Shown: positions 37,449 to 51,053, counted from the whole stretch's first letter. The stretch is DNA of 51,643 nt, filler included, from Porpidia crustulata (GCA_964255105.1; 3 parts of 3 records of this genome joined end to end with filler, not necessarily neighbours in it), one strand, 5' to 3'. A program made the numbers and translations. Notes: a model not told the origin generated them from the sequence alone.

Positions 37449-37800
37449 ATGGCTATCATCGATCAACTACGCAAACATCACTGGTACGTATTTCCTGATT
37501 TCTATATGTATGGAGGCCATTGCATAGCTGATGAAATTTAGTCCCATGTGTCGTCCTTCTGGGCGTGTCACCAAGGAGTGTCTGAAGAAAGGGCACATGA
37601 CACCGTGCGGTCTTCATCCCAGGGTCTACCACAACGACGGAGGCGAATGTCCCAAATGCTTACGTGACGCTCGAGATGCATTGAATGCGGAAAACCAGAG
37701 AAAGGACGCTGACAGAGCCGCTGAGGAAAAACGCTTGGAGGAAGAACGACAATTGAAAGCACACAATGCCCGTCTGCGCGTGCAGGATGAGAAGGAATGA
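37449..37800 (+). CDS. Small Cys/His-rich putative zinc-binding protein with charged coiled-coil tail (~97 aa); 2 exons
   Basis: ATG in AAAATGG context; intron 37484-37541 (GTACGT, GCTGAT branch, TAG) creates HHCPMC, then C..KGH...C..H...ECPKC and an E/K/R-rich helix. Confidence 0.65.
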
Positions 37801-39374
37801 GCGAGAGCAGAGAGAATAGCTGGCCGCTCAGGGGCTCAATCCAAGAGGTACTAGTTGCCGAACTAGCTTGATGGTGAGTTCGCTCTTGCAATATCGATAA
37901 AATTGTGCTACTGATCCAGCTTAGAACTAGGTCACACCCGATCGACTCGATGGTTCGCACATCCTCGGTTCCATCTTGGCAAAGACGTGGGCGATTGGGA
38001 AGGGCATCAGCTTAAGAGATACGATTGCTACGCTAGAATGCTGGGTTGTGGAGTATTTTCTTTGGTTGATCTTGCGGAAACACCTTTCTTAGTTGTCGAT
38101 AGAGCTTGGAGTTGAGCAATACAGTTGTCTTCTTGCATTCGAAAGCGTTCATTATCCTACAAGGAATTAGGCGCTGCTTTCGACACGTGAGCTACGCTTT
38201 GTCGCGATGTATCTAATCTTCATAACGGTCTGCAGTCTCGAAATCGTAGCTCGTAAGTTGATGCAAATGGTGCCACACCCGAAAATCCTGTCTAAATGGT
38301 CAGCGTTTGGAATTCCTGTTGATCTTTGGGATATGGAGGTTTTAAAGACATATCCAGTACCTGCCTCAGTATATTCGCTGAATACATTAGCTCATACATT
38401 AGGATCGACGATGTCATATCTGTAAATTCTATCTTTAACAACGGTTATTGTGATTCCCGTCGATATCTGGAGTACGGAGGGTTTGACGAGGTAGCCAATT
38501 CCCACCACAGGACACTCTATTAGTACAGTAGCTCTTGGGGTCTTATCTGTGGTGTCTTGACTATGACATCGGTTCATCACTTAGCTATCGTGCATCGGGT
38601 TGATCTATAGAGTACAGAGGTTTCAAAGAGCTGTCGACCACCTTCCATAGTGGATTCTTTCAGTACAGTAACATACACCACCGGTCACGAGCAACACATA
38701 GGAATCTTAAGCCCGTGGACCAAGGCTGAGTTCTGCGGCTTTTCCCGTTTAGCAGGCTATATTGATTGCCATTGACGTCTGAATCATGGTGAAAGTCCAC
38801 GCCTGTCTAGCGTTTTCCCCCAGTGTAGGATATTCTACTGGCCACAGGCAGCTTACGTAGATCTTACATGTGTGGATCAAAGCCATATTCGGTATTTCTG
38901 TCTGTGGAATAAGCAATCGATTCCATTAATATATCGAGTGTGATGAGTCCACGGACCTCCGTAAGACCTGCCTCAATGCACTACACCAGTCGAGATAAAT
39001 GCTCTCCTGTCACGCGACTGGACCATATCTCTCATGGGTGAGATGACGTCCATTTCAGTATCTTGGGCTTAATCATCGTCTATAAGCACTTCCATTGACG
39101 TGTAGGTGTGATTAAGTTGCAGCCCTGTTCTTCGTTTCTCTTGACAATGTCCGGTAGTGGAATTTCATGCTCTCTCGATCCCAGGCGACTTGTAGATCTT
39201 TGTCGTCCGCCTATGGACTGTAACTACCTATTGTTCGTCGATGAGAGCGGGGAATGTCTCTAGTAATTACTTATAAATGTATGGGCTTTGTTAAATTTCT
39301 GTTGGCAGCCACGCACGCCACGGCAGGATCAATACAGGTACGGTGACCCATAACATCTTCTGGCGCAACATCAA

Positions 39375-39493
39375 TACTCCTGTTGCTTTCACCCCTCAAC
39401 GGATCACCCTAATCAGGGCTAGTAAATATAACCCTAACCCTAGATCGGCTGGCCCGCTGAGGGGTGTGATCCGTTAAAGGGTGAGAACGAGTT
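39375..39493. mobile_element. MITE-like element with imperfect TIRs and internal TAACCCTAACCCTA
   Basis: Left TTTCACCCCTCAACGGATCAC; reverse complement of right TCTCACCCTTTAACGGATCACACCCCTCAG; homologous to 19808-19900. Confidence 0.75.
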
Positions 39494-39599
39494 GTTTAGA
39501 GATAGAACACAAATCCTTCCCACTCACTGACTGAGAAAGATCGAAAAAACCACAGTGGTTTGAGGGCATGTTTGGGACGCGAGTAGCCGGAATTGGAAA

Positions 39600-40950
39600 T
39601 TATTCAGGTCTTTGACACATAATTCACCGAGTTTGAAGAATGTGCTGAATGCAGCTTGGAAGATTGTTGTCCAACTGGCTAAGCCATCCCGATAGTATTA
39701 AATAAACAACTTTCAAGACCTGTGGATAGATGTAACCAGCTGTACGTAGATGTTTAAATTTCGAAGCGCAATTAGCTGATTTACCAGAGCATTGAGATGG
39801 ATTTTAAGACATCAGTAGGCGATTGTGCAGGGTTGGAGACAAGAGGATTGGAAGATTGGTCGTTGGATATCTCGATAGCTTAAATGAATAATAACCAAGT
39901 TGATTAAGAAGCACGTTAGCAAATGGATTTAAATGATCTGTCAGTGAATGGACTTCTAGACACAGGTAAACGGCTTTGAGAGACGTTAAGATAGATTCTA
40001 ACGTATGAGTAGACGGATTTCAAGGGTATATTAGAGGTGACATAAAAGGATAATCATCCAATGATTAGATGACTTTAAAGAACATTCGCTGAGTAATCTC
40101 GCAAGCGTGTAGATAGATAGAATTGAAAGTCTGTAGCCACGCGAGAATTGATACGTAGACAGCTGAAGCTGAAGTCTAATTGGTGGAAATTCTCGGAAAT
40201 AAGTAGGTGTATTTGGAGAATGGTTCAGGAATATATAGAAGATTAATTACTAGACAACTAAACAACTTCAAAGAATGTTAGACTGTTCGCAATAAGATCA
40301 TGTAGATAGCTTGGTTCAAGATCGTATTAATAAGAAAGGTTTTTAATGTGGGTAGAAGAAATCAAGAATCATATAAATGGATTCTAACCTGTACATAGAT
40401 GGACTGGATGAATGTTTGAATAAGGGATCCGAAGGGTTTTTAATTGAATAACAAAGCGTATAGAGGAAAGCTGTACATAGTGTCTTACGAATTATATGGA
40501 AAGAGTATTTAAAACGTATGTGGAAAGACCGTTGTCTAACTGACCGTCTCAAGATAACACACATCGATTCTGGCTTCTAAAGCGCGCAGATTAACAGATT
40601 TAAACTTGTGTAGCTGCGCGGAGTTCCAGTCTCAGCTCGATGTATTTCTTCCTCTCTAGTCAGCTTTTCGTCTACATACCGAGCCGTTTTTTTGTACATG
40701 ACTTCCCACCACCCTACTTCTTGTACGAGCTGCTGACCTATTCCAATCCGAACTCTTGTTTCCATCTCCTTCAGGGCTATGTAATAAGTTGAGAGTAACA
40801 TATAGTGAAGGCGTAAACCATGTGAGACTGCTTGTTTGTAGTCAGATCTACTAGCAGATTTATCCGTTAGTCATTTGTAACAATATTCTCGATATGAGAA
40901 ATAATAGAAGATGTATAATAGATCTTGTCAACGTTCTTCAACCAAACTCT
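39600..40950 (+). pseudogene. AT/TpA-rich relic, possibly a RIP-like degraded NTPase (NACHT-type) gene
   Basis: High density of TAG/TAA; LYIDGLDEC (40389-40415) resembles a NACHT Walker B motif; no Walker A recognised. Confidence 0.25.
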
Positions 40951-41126
40951 CACAAATTAAATTAAATCCTTGATAGCATTCAACCTCGTTCTCACTAAAC
41001 TTCGTCGCATCAACGACGATACGACACGATATATCTTTGCCGAGTTTGTACCCGGTTTCCGAGACAGCAGAATTAAAAACAGACTGATAATTAGTTGTCA
41101 TAGTCTTGCACCTGTAGCTTTAAAGC

Positions 41127-41257
41127 TACCCTTCTATACCCCTAGTTCGGCCAAACCCCTTACTCGGCCACCACACCAAGAGTGAGGGTTATAGACTCAA
41201 GATCAAGCCAACGTGGCCGAGCTAGGGGTTTGGCCGAACTAGGGGTATAGACGGGTA
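41127..41257. mobile_element. MITE with 45-bp TIRs (42/45 identical), TA termini and doubled sub-repeat
   Basis: Left TACCCTTCTATACCCCTAGTTCGGCCAAACCCCTTACTCGGCCAC; reverse complement of right TACCCGTCTATACCCCTAGTTCGGCCAAACCCCTAGCTCGGCCAC; internal GTGAGGGTTA. Confidence 0.9.
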
Positions 41258-41777
41258 CTTGCTTGCTTGCAAGCTCAGCTTCTTTAATCTGATAATGTTG
41301 TATCTGAGGTTCATAGTTCACAGAAGAAGGAAATTAGCAGTATAGTCATCTGATCGAGAGATTAACGTTTCTTTAGTGAAGCTTTATTGCCCCGACAGAT
41401 ACTTTCAATAAATAGACTACTTCTTGTTATTGATTTCGGGGAATGAAGATCGATAAAGGGACGATACGAAGACGGCAGAGACGAGATCAAAATTGTGGTC
41501 TTAGATACTCTGGATTGAAGTCAACATGGATGATAACTTCCTGAGGTTCTATCGGCCTAGAAAACCGCCAATGCAACAAATGCTCCTACATGTAGGGTAA
41601 TATAAACGCACTGTAGAAGCCATTCCTGCGCCCAGCATGTCGACGCCGCAGATCCCTAAACCCCAGAGTAACGTTTCTCATAGCCTTTCCCATCTTGATA
41701 TCCCTGTCCACTGTTCGCCGTGAAAATGCAATCATAGCGCTGTACTCCGCAAGAAAAGACGAACGGGTTCGAGCTAA

Positions 41778-43932
41778 CTATAGAATTGTCACAACGTCAT
41801 CGCGAGCCGATGGACGTCCAAAACTGCTTCCACTGGTTCTTGGATTGGAGTTTTGACTTGTGCGTCGCTTGGGGCTGGGATCAGTCGCTTTCGACCATCT
41901 GTGTAGGTTGGATGTTAGAGCTGTGACCAAAGACGACCGATTTCCCTTTTCGTCAGACTTACATTCTGACCTTCCTGTCGTCGCCAGCAGAAGCAAACAT
42001 ACATGAATCTGCGGGATTCCATGCGACGGCATTGACGCAACCCGATGAGTGGCCGTCAAGGGTCTCGATCAAAGTGCCGTTCTCTTTGTGCCATATGTAG
42101 ACTTTGGAATCTGAGGGAAAATTAGCATATGCCACGTATATGGAGTGGTTTGCCAAGTACCTTGACTGCCACTAATAATAAGATTCTCGTCGGCACCGCC
42201 GAAAGAGCTTCGAATCACGTAATCTCCCTGTTTCTGCCCAAGAAACCTCCGCACTATCTCAGCCGTCTCGATCTCAATCAATTGGACTTCATTATCAGTC
42301 ATATTGATGAGCATATATCTAGAGTCTTGGCTGATGCTAATGCAGGTCATTTTGGTTTTCAGCAAGATGCTGTACTCTTCTTCCCGAGTCACGAAGTTGT
42401 ATACAAATATTTGCCTTTCGGAAGAGATAGTGACAAGCCTTTGCCCGTCGGGAGAGATGGCACAATCCGCTATTCGATAGTCGGTCGCCCAGGTGTATAA
42501 CGATTGGCCGTTCAAGTTCCATAAGCAAAGCTGAGTCTTCTTATCCAGTGAACCCGTTACGAAACTCTGGCCATCAGGCGCCCAAGAGGCCGTTGTTACA
42601 GGCTGAGTATCATGGTCTATTGTCAATATGCAGACGCCAGACTGAAAATGGTAAGTAAATTGATGAACAAGAATGCATAAGTACATACCTCAGTGTCCCA
42701 TACTTTAGCCTTACGATCATGGGAACAGGTAATAAGCTTCTTGTCGTCAGGACTCCATGTTGCATAGGCAACGTGGGCAGTATGATCTGTTAAGGTATGC
42801 CTAACTTGGAAACTACTCGTATCGTAAATGATCACTGCGCTATCTTGGCCGCATGTTGCTAGCCGTTTACCGTTGTGCGAAAACTCTAGGTACCATACTT
42901 CACCAGCGTTGTGATTCAGTTCTAGCATTGTGCGTAGTGGAAATTGGCTCCGATCACACATATGATTCGAGAATAGAGACGGCCGCGTTACGGGATTGTG
43001 GTAAAGACATTTCGAAATTTGAGTTTGTCTGATTTGATCCAGTAAGACTGCTAAGCGGTGCTCAGGAATCATGACAGAAGGAGAAATAGATTCTGTAACG
43101 TTTGCTCAGCTTCGATTTGAGTCATAGGAAGATACATACTGGATAGTTCCTGGAGCAGATTCCGGCGCGAGTGCCCTTGGGCGCCATCCCAGCGGGCCTG
43201 GGTCATCAGGTCATCCGGTGATTGACTAACAATAAGACTGGTGAAGATTAGCTTATTTTCCGATGGCTAATAACTCTCATGATGAAATAAACCATTTAAT
43301 TACCTTGATAGAGTATGGAGCTTTGCAGTATCTTGATTGAGAGGGGTCAGCTCTTGGCGCAGAACGAATAATGCAGGCGAGAGGTCCTTCTTTTCAAGGA
43401 GCTCTAGGTATTTCTGCTCCCGCATTCGGAACTTCAACTCATCCCGATTCACACCCTCTATCAGCTTCAGACCCTCATGCTCCGGTGAATGACCGTTACT
43501 GATGCTGACGCCGCCGCCGCCGTCTTCCAGACGGTTGCTACCAAAGAGGATGCACTCTGCTTCTGACCATTCCCCATGTAGGACGGCGTGTCGAAATGCC
43601 GCGACCATGGGCGTCTCCACCTCGTAGCCACTCTCAAGGCTCAGCCTTTCAGCGGCTCCGTGATACCCAAGGTCCCCCAATCCCTGCAACAGAAGACGCG
43701 TAACCTCTTCCCTATCGTGCCCAAAGAAGTCCGAAGGCCTTGGACGTGAGTTCGGCGATGTGTAACCATTCCGACTTCTGTGCGGGGATGAAGTACCATT
43801 AGTTGACGGGGAATGGCCGTTTGTCGAATTCGATAGCACAGTCTTGTGGTTTGAGTGGGCTGGACCGTTCGAATACGGCCGTGAGCCATTTAAATTCGAC
43901 AAATCTTGCTCGAGACGCATAGCTCTGCTCAT
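41778..43932 (-). CDS. GID7: GID/CTLH E3-ligase subunit, WD40 protein (Gid7/WDR26 orthologue); ~6 exons
   Basis: FFGHDREEVTRLLLQGLGDLGY (LisH), EQKYLELLE and VLRQELTPL (CTLH), MIPEHRLAVLL, WD repeats, YVIRSSFGG, FASAGDDRKVR. First in-frame ATG at 43932; frame stays open upstream. Confidence 0.9.
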
Positions 43933-45842
43933 GAGGCGTCTACGCTTCGGCGAAGACGGTGTCTCCCGTCGAGGCCGCGAGTTGATGCCTCGTGTTTCAA
44001 CCCTGGGACCCTCTTGATTCTCTGTATTGTCTGACCTCTGCTGCTCCGCCTGATTTTCTGAAACTAGTACCTCCGGGGACGAGCTCCGACGACGACGCCT
44101 GAGATTACCTCGGGTATTGGACGTTCCGGAACTTGCGTAGGCAGGTACGGTATGATAGCTGGAGGATATTGCACCAGATCCTGCTGTAGATGTCCTCTGA
44201 TGTGTTTGGTTAGTGTTTATATATTGGGCTGAGTGGTTCGTGGTGGAGGGAGGTTCTATTGGCCCGGGAATGGTTGGGTGATCGGAAGTGATTGGGGATT
44301 GTTGGTGCAAGGGGGCTTCGTCTGCCAGGACGAACGTAGCGGGGATGCCGCTTCTGCTGGCTGAGTCTCCGATGCAGAGCCTACAGCGTTTGTAAATCTG
44401 GGTTTGTTGGAAGAGTCTTCGTAGTTTCAGCGCTTTTCAAAGCAAACCCGGATAATCCGGCTGCCCTTCAATTGAGCGACTTAAAAAGTCTTTCTGAAGC
44501 TTAGATTTGGCTCTGAAAGGATTGCAGAAGGTGTATCCAACGGCTACCGCTGTTAATCAAGAATCGGGAAAGGAGGGAGGGTATTCTAGACTCGGGAATA
44601 GGCGGTAGTCCAAGCCTTGGACAGGACACGGATTGGGTTATTTGCAGAGGTTATTCCATCAGAGAGGTTAAGTTGATGCTGAAGTCGGATCTACACCAAT
44701 AGAGAAGACACTAGATGATAAGTAGAGGGAGGATGAAGAACCTTGGGATGCTTGAGACATAACTCAACAGTACCTGCCAGGCTGATCAGATCCGCTGAAG
44801 GTCACAATCCCGGTAATGCGTCACAGGCGTATCATATTTAGGGTACGTCGGTTGACGCCAGGGCCCCGCGCTGAATCGTCCTGCACTGCACCATACCAAT
44901 CAACGACTGCATTTCGATATATATATCCATACTCCACAACTACATGGCACTTTGGCACGAGGTATGAGACTTGGTTTGAGTGACTCTGTCTGGAGTATGT
45001 CTATTGTGGCTGTCTAGATAAAGACTTCATGTGAGATCTCAATGATCATGGAGGGTAATGGGGCTTAAGAATTAATGCCTGCTAGCTTGCTGTATTTATG
45101 TATAGATATTATTTCTTTCTAGGGAAGGGACAGTGGTGGATGAGAGCCGTTCGACTAGACGGTCAGCTGCGTAGCTTTTGCGCTTCAGCGCCATTAGAAG
45201 AGATTGGCGTCAACGGCTGAGTTGATGACATGACATTAAAGCAAAGAGAAGACGCGAAATATCGCTTCGCTTCCTGCTCCTAGCGGAAATCTATTTGCTA
45301 GGCATACACCTACCATTATCTAACAAGGTGGTCTCACGATGATGGAATGGATATAGGAGCTTTGCCCGAGCGTGAAATGGTAGATAGCTGGAAGATTGGT
45401 ATCTATGGGGGCCAGTCGAGATACATAGGCCCTAGGTGATGGGCACCGCTGGGCGTTACGGCTGCCCGTAAGTCCCCTCTAAGCAGTCAAAACAATCCCC
45501 TCGCCCCAAAGTCTAAATAGTGAAATCATTACCTGTCCCTCTCTCACACCCACCAATGACCTTTTAATGTTGTTGAGCTAGCAAAGCAGCTACCAACAGC
45601 TATCTTAGCCTATCATTTCGTGCATGCTTGGTCTTCGACCTCGACTTAAAGCTCGCAATTCTCTTTGGGACCTTGTCTCCAAAGTCCAGCTCGATCAATC
45701 CCCACCGCCGCTGCCAGTACGAGATCTCTTTGTGGGAGACGCAGCTGACGGCCTGCCACCATTACCCACGTCGCCATTGCCCCTCTCGCCGTCTTTGATC
45801 AATCACACCGAAGCATCGACCGCATTCCCAACGCTCGTCGCA

Positions 45843-47971
45843 ATGGCTCCGGTCAGTGCTTGACTGCCGTATGATCCCCGTGGTAATACTGATTTACATT
45901 CTGTGGGTAGAAGGGTGCAACCAGAAAACGAATGGAGGCTGGTGAGGAGCAGTATGGTACGTTTGCCCACTTATAGAATGATGTGTCCTTTGGGGTTTCC
46001 TGAGCTCGACTAATTTAAGCCATACAGGATCGATATACTCGATTTCGGGGTAGGTTGTAACGTATTGACTGCGTGAAGAGAGGATCCTGATAATATATAG
46101 GCCCGTCATCGTTGCAGAGAACATGATAGGATGTGCCATGTACGAGCTGGTTCGAGTGGGGCACGACAATCTAGTTGGAGAGGTCATCCGGATTGACGCA
46201 GATAAAGCTACGGTGCAAGTCTATGAAGAAACAGCTGGCGTGACTGTAGGAGATCCAGTGATGCGAACCGGGAAGCCTTTGTCAGTTGAATTGGGCCCAG
46301 GATTGATGGAGACTATATACGACGGAATTCAACGGCCACTGAAATCCATCTCGGAGGTCGCAAACAGTATTTACATACCCCGTGGAATCGCTGTTCCTTC
46401 GCTGAACCGAGAAATAAAGTGGGACTTTACACCTGGGAAGCTTAAGGTTGGCGACCACATAACAGGAGGCGACATCTTCGGGAGTGTGTTCGAGAACAGT
46501 CTGCTAGATGACCACAAAATCCTCTTGCCTCCTCGTGCTAGGGGTACCATCACACATATCGCGGAAAAGGGCAGCTATACCGTTGATGAGAAAGTCCTTG
46601 AGGTCGAGTTTGAAGGAAAGAAGTCGGACTATTCGATGATGCACACATGGCCCGTTCGTGTACCGAGGCCTACGACCGAGAAGCTCCCATCAGATTCACC
46701 TTTCATCGTTGGCCAACGAGTGCTAGATGCTTTGTTCCCTAGTGTTCAAGGAGGTACTGTCTGCATCCCCGGGGCTTTTGGGTGCGGAAAGACAGTGATC
46801 AGTCAATCCGTCTCCAAATTCTCCAACAGCGATATCATCATATATGTCGGCTGTGGCGAGCGAGGCAATGAGATGGCGGAAGTGCTGATGGATTTCCCCG
46901 AACTCTCTATCAACATCGACGGTCGCCAGGAACCCATCATGAAGCGCACATCACTCATCGCCAATACATCCAACATGCCTGTCGCGGCCCGAGAGGCGTC
47001 GATCTACACAGGTATCACTGTCGCCGAATATTTCCGTGATCAGGGCAAGAACGTGGCGATGATGGCAGATTCGACTTCCAGATGGGCAGAGGCGCTCCGT
47101 GAAATTTCCGGTCGTCTGGGGGAAATGCCGGCCGATCAAGGTTTCCCTGCTTATCTTGGGGCTAAGCTGGCTTCGTTTTATGAACGTGCTGGCAAAGTCA
47201 CAGCTCTTGGTAGCCCTGAGCGAGAAGGTAGTGTCAGTATTGTCGGGGCTGTAAGTCCTCCGGGAGGTGATTTCTCAGATCCTGTGACTAGTGCCACACT
47301 AGGAATTGTCCAAGGTAAATATCTTTCGATATCCTATCCTATTTATACAGCAAACTAGCTAACTCTCATGTTAAGTCTTCTGGGGTCTTGACAAGAAACT
47401 CGCCCAAAGAAAACACTTTCCATCCATCAATACATCCATGTCTTATAGTAAATACACCAATATCTTGGACAAGTACTATGAGAAGGATAACCCCGAGTTT
47501 CCACGCCTTAGGGACCGCATTAGAGAGCTGCTGTCAAACTCAGAGGATCTTGATCAGGTCGTGCAACTCGTTGGCAAGTCTGCGCTCGGTGATCCGGATA
47601 AAATCACGTTAGACATTGCTAGTCTGCTAAAGGATGACTTCCTTCAGCAGAATGGATACAGTGACTACGATCAATTCTGCCCTATGTGGAAGACTGAGTA
47701 CATGATGAAGGCCTTTATGGGTTATCATGACGAAAGCCAGAAGGCCATCTCACAGGGCCACAGCTGGGCCAAGGTCAGGGAATCGACGTCAAGTATTCAA
47801 AATGGGTTACGAAGTATGAAATTTGAGTTGCCATCGGAGGGAGAAGAGAAAATTTCGAAGAAGGTATAACACACTGCGTCTTTGTAGAGGGACTCCTGGC
47901 TAACAACGATACAGTACGATGAGCTACTCCGGGAGATGACAGAAAAGTTTGCGTCTGTGACAGATGAGTGA
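45843..47971 (+). CDS. VMA1: V-type H+-ATPase catalytic subunit A; 6 exons, no intein
   Basis: GAFGCGKT P-loop, [40 protein letters not shown]; three short 5' exons; stop TGA 47969-71. Confidence 0.98.
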
Positions 47972-48468
47972 ATCAGCGAAGATCCTAAAGTATTTGTACT
48001 TGTCCGGACCTGGGGAAGTCGCGTGGAAGGACAAGGCCTTTTTGTACCATATCATGTTCCCAACAAAGCGCGGTCTGCATGGTGAGTCTTGTATCTAGAT
48101 CAATGCAAATCAGAAAATGGCATAAATCTACGTCCTCCTTGAAAATCTACTCTTTTCATGCCAAACTATCGCAGCATGCCAATAGGCAGTAGCATTTCTC
48201 GTTGGCGCCATCAAAACGCCTTCAGAGCGCAGCAACCAAAAGACTCGCGTACTGGCTTCTTTGGGCTTAGCGCCCAAGCAAGGATCATCTGTCGCACTCC
48301 ATGCCGATACGTAACAACCTCTACACAAGACCTGTGAGAAAACAAATCAGCGCGCAGATATTGCAGCCTATCCGACACAGACGACGACTTTTCTTGCCAC
48401 TGAGGTATCCAGTAATAGATAAACTCTTCTCCGGACTCCGGACCTTGTGCTTTCCTGTATACCCAGCC

Positions 48469-51053
48469 ATGGCAACACCGGCGGGCCATTCGTGAGTCGT
48501 CAATTCCTTGGACAGCAAGTACACGCTGAATCAATGCGCAGGGTCAACGTCAATGATCCAGGTTTAATTACATTGGTCAACAAGCTCCAAGATGTCTTTA
48601 CAACAGTTGGGGTACGTCGAAGGATATCGGGCAGAACCACCTGGAGCGTGGAGGGGTGTGACACTGACAGCGTTTGGTAAACAGGTCCAAAATCCAATCG
48701 ACTTGCCACAGATAGCTGTAGTCGGGTCTCAGTCAAGTGGGAAGAGCTCGGTCCTAGAAAACATCGTTGGCAGGGATTTGTACGATGCTCATATCCAACA
48801 ACGGACTGGAAGCTGATGTTGTCGTTGCAGCTTGCCACGAGGTACGGGGATTGTAACCAGGCGACCACTTATTCTACAACTCATCAACAGATCGCCCACG
48901 AACCAGCCTCAGATCAATGGCGTCAATGGGGACATGAAGACTTCTGACAAGGAGGCAAACATTGACGAGTGGGGTGAATTCCTACACATTCCGGGCCAAA
49001 AATTCTACGACTTCAACAAGATACGGGATGAGATCGTCAAGGAGACGGAGTCGAAAACGGGTCGCAACGCAGGCATTTCACCAGCTCCGATTAATCTTCG
49101 GATCTACTCTCCAAACGTCTTAACTCTCACCCTGGTAGATTTACCCGGCTTGACCAAGGTTCCTGTGGGTGACCAACCAAGAGATATTGAAAAGCAGATC
49201 AAGGACATGGTGTTGAAGCAGATAATGAAGCCCAACGCTATCATCCTGGCCGTCACAGCAGCGAATACGGATCTGGCGAATTCCGATGGCTTGAAGCTAG
49301 CACGGGAAGTTGATCCGGAGGGCCAGCGAACCATAGGCGTGCTTACAAAGGTGGATTTGATGGACGAAGGGACAGATGTTGTCGATATTCTGGCTGGACG
49401 CATCATCCCCCTTCGGCTCGGCTACGTCCCAGTTGTCAACAGGGGGCAAAGGGATATCGAGAACAAGAGGGCGATCTCGTTTGCTCTTGAGAATGAGAAG
49501 AATTTCTTTGAAAATCACAAAGCGTACCGAAACAAGAGCTCCTACTGCGGCACACCATATCTGGCACGAAAACTCAACCTAGTATGCTAACACTATCCTA
49601 TCGGTTCCAGTACCCTCTACTAACATGTCGCCAGATCCTCATGATGCACATCAAGAATACGTTACCTGACATTAAAGCCCGTATTCAATCCTCCCTTCAG
49701 AAATATACTGCAGAATTAAACCAGCTGGGAGATTCAATGCTAGGCAATAGTGCCAACATCGTCCTCCAGATTATTACAGAATTTTGCAACGAGTATCGAA
49801 CAGTATTAGACGGGAATAATCAGGAGCTATCAAGTGTAGAACTCTCCGGTGGTGCTCGTATCAGTTTCGTTTTTCATGAATTATACTCGAACGGTGTCAA
49901 GGCAGTGGACCCATTCGATCAGGTCAAGGATATTGACATACGCACAATCCTATACAACTCCTCGGGTTCATCGCCAGCTCTATTTGTCGGCACCACCGCT
50001 TTTGAGTTGATAGTCAAACAACAGATTAAGCGGCTAGATGATCCGAGCTTGAAATGCGTATCGTTGGTTTACGATGAGCTTGTTCGGATCCTCACCCAAC
50101 TATTGCAAAAGCCTTTGTTTCGAAGATACCCGTCACTCAAGGATAAGTTCCATGCTGTTGTGATTACCTTTTTCAAGAAAGCCATTGATCCCACGAACAA
50201 GCTAGTCAAGGACTTAGTCGCAATGGAATCTTGCTACATTAATACAGGGCATCCCGACTTTCTCAACGGTCATAAAGTGGGTGATATCATTTCTCAAATC
50301 TATTCTCGAGGTCATGGCGCTCCTGCTCAGGATCCATATCCTGTGGCGCGTTCGAAATCTTATATTTTGCCATCTCCGCATGATTTCGTTATTACATCTC
50401 CAACCAAATCTAACACTTTCTCTACGCAGGCTATGGCAATTGTCAATGACCGACACAGCGCATCAAAGCCTGTGCAAGTGGATCCGAAGACAGGCAGACC
50501 TTTGCCTCCGCAAGTACCACCTCGCGCAGCAAGTCCTTCTCTAGACCTTCCGCCAGACAACAACTCGGGATTCTTTGGCAGCTTCTTTGCGCCCAAGAAT
50601 AAGAAGAAGATGGCCGCGATGGACTCTCCACCTCCACAACTCAAAGCTTCGGGAACGTTGTCCGAGAAGGAGGCGAACGAAGTTGAAGTCATCAGTAAGG
50701 GGATGACAGTGCTCTCGCTTGACTTGTTACTAATTGTCCCCACAGAACTCCTAATCATTTCATACTACAACATTGTGAGAAGGACGATGATCGACATGGT
50801 CCCTAAAGCGATTATGCTTAATCTAGTGGCGTATGTCCTAGCCGGGAGTATCTCAATCGTTCTTAATGTACTGACGCCCCTCAGATTCACAAAAGAAGAA
50901 ATGCAACGCGAACTCCTCGAAAATATGTACCGAGCTAGCGAATTGGACGACCTCCTGAAAGAAAGCGACTACACGATACGAAGAAGGAAGGAGTGCCTCC
51001 AAATGGTGGAGTCTCTGGGTAAAGCCAACGAAATCGTCAGCCAAGTCCAGTAA
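48469..51053 (+). CDS. VPS1: Dynamin-like GTPase Vps1; multi-exon
   Basis: [72 protein letters not shown] insert, GED with DMVPKAIM. Confidence 0.97.

Noticed and set aside
46840..46880. VMA1 intein at the yeast VDE insertion site
   Set aside because: [11 protein letters not shown] is uninterrupted.
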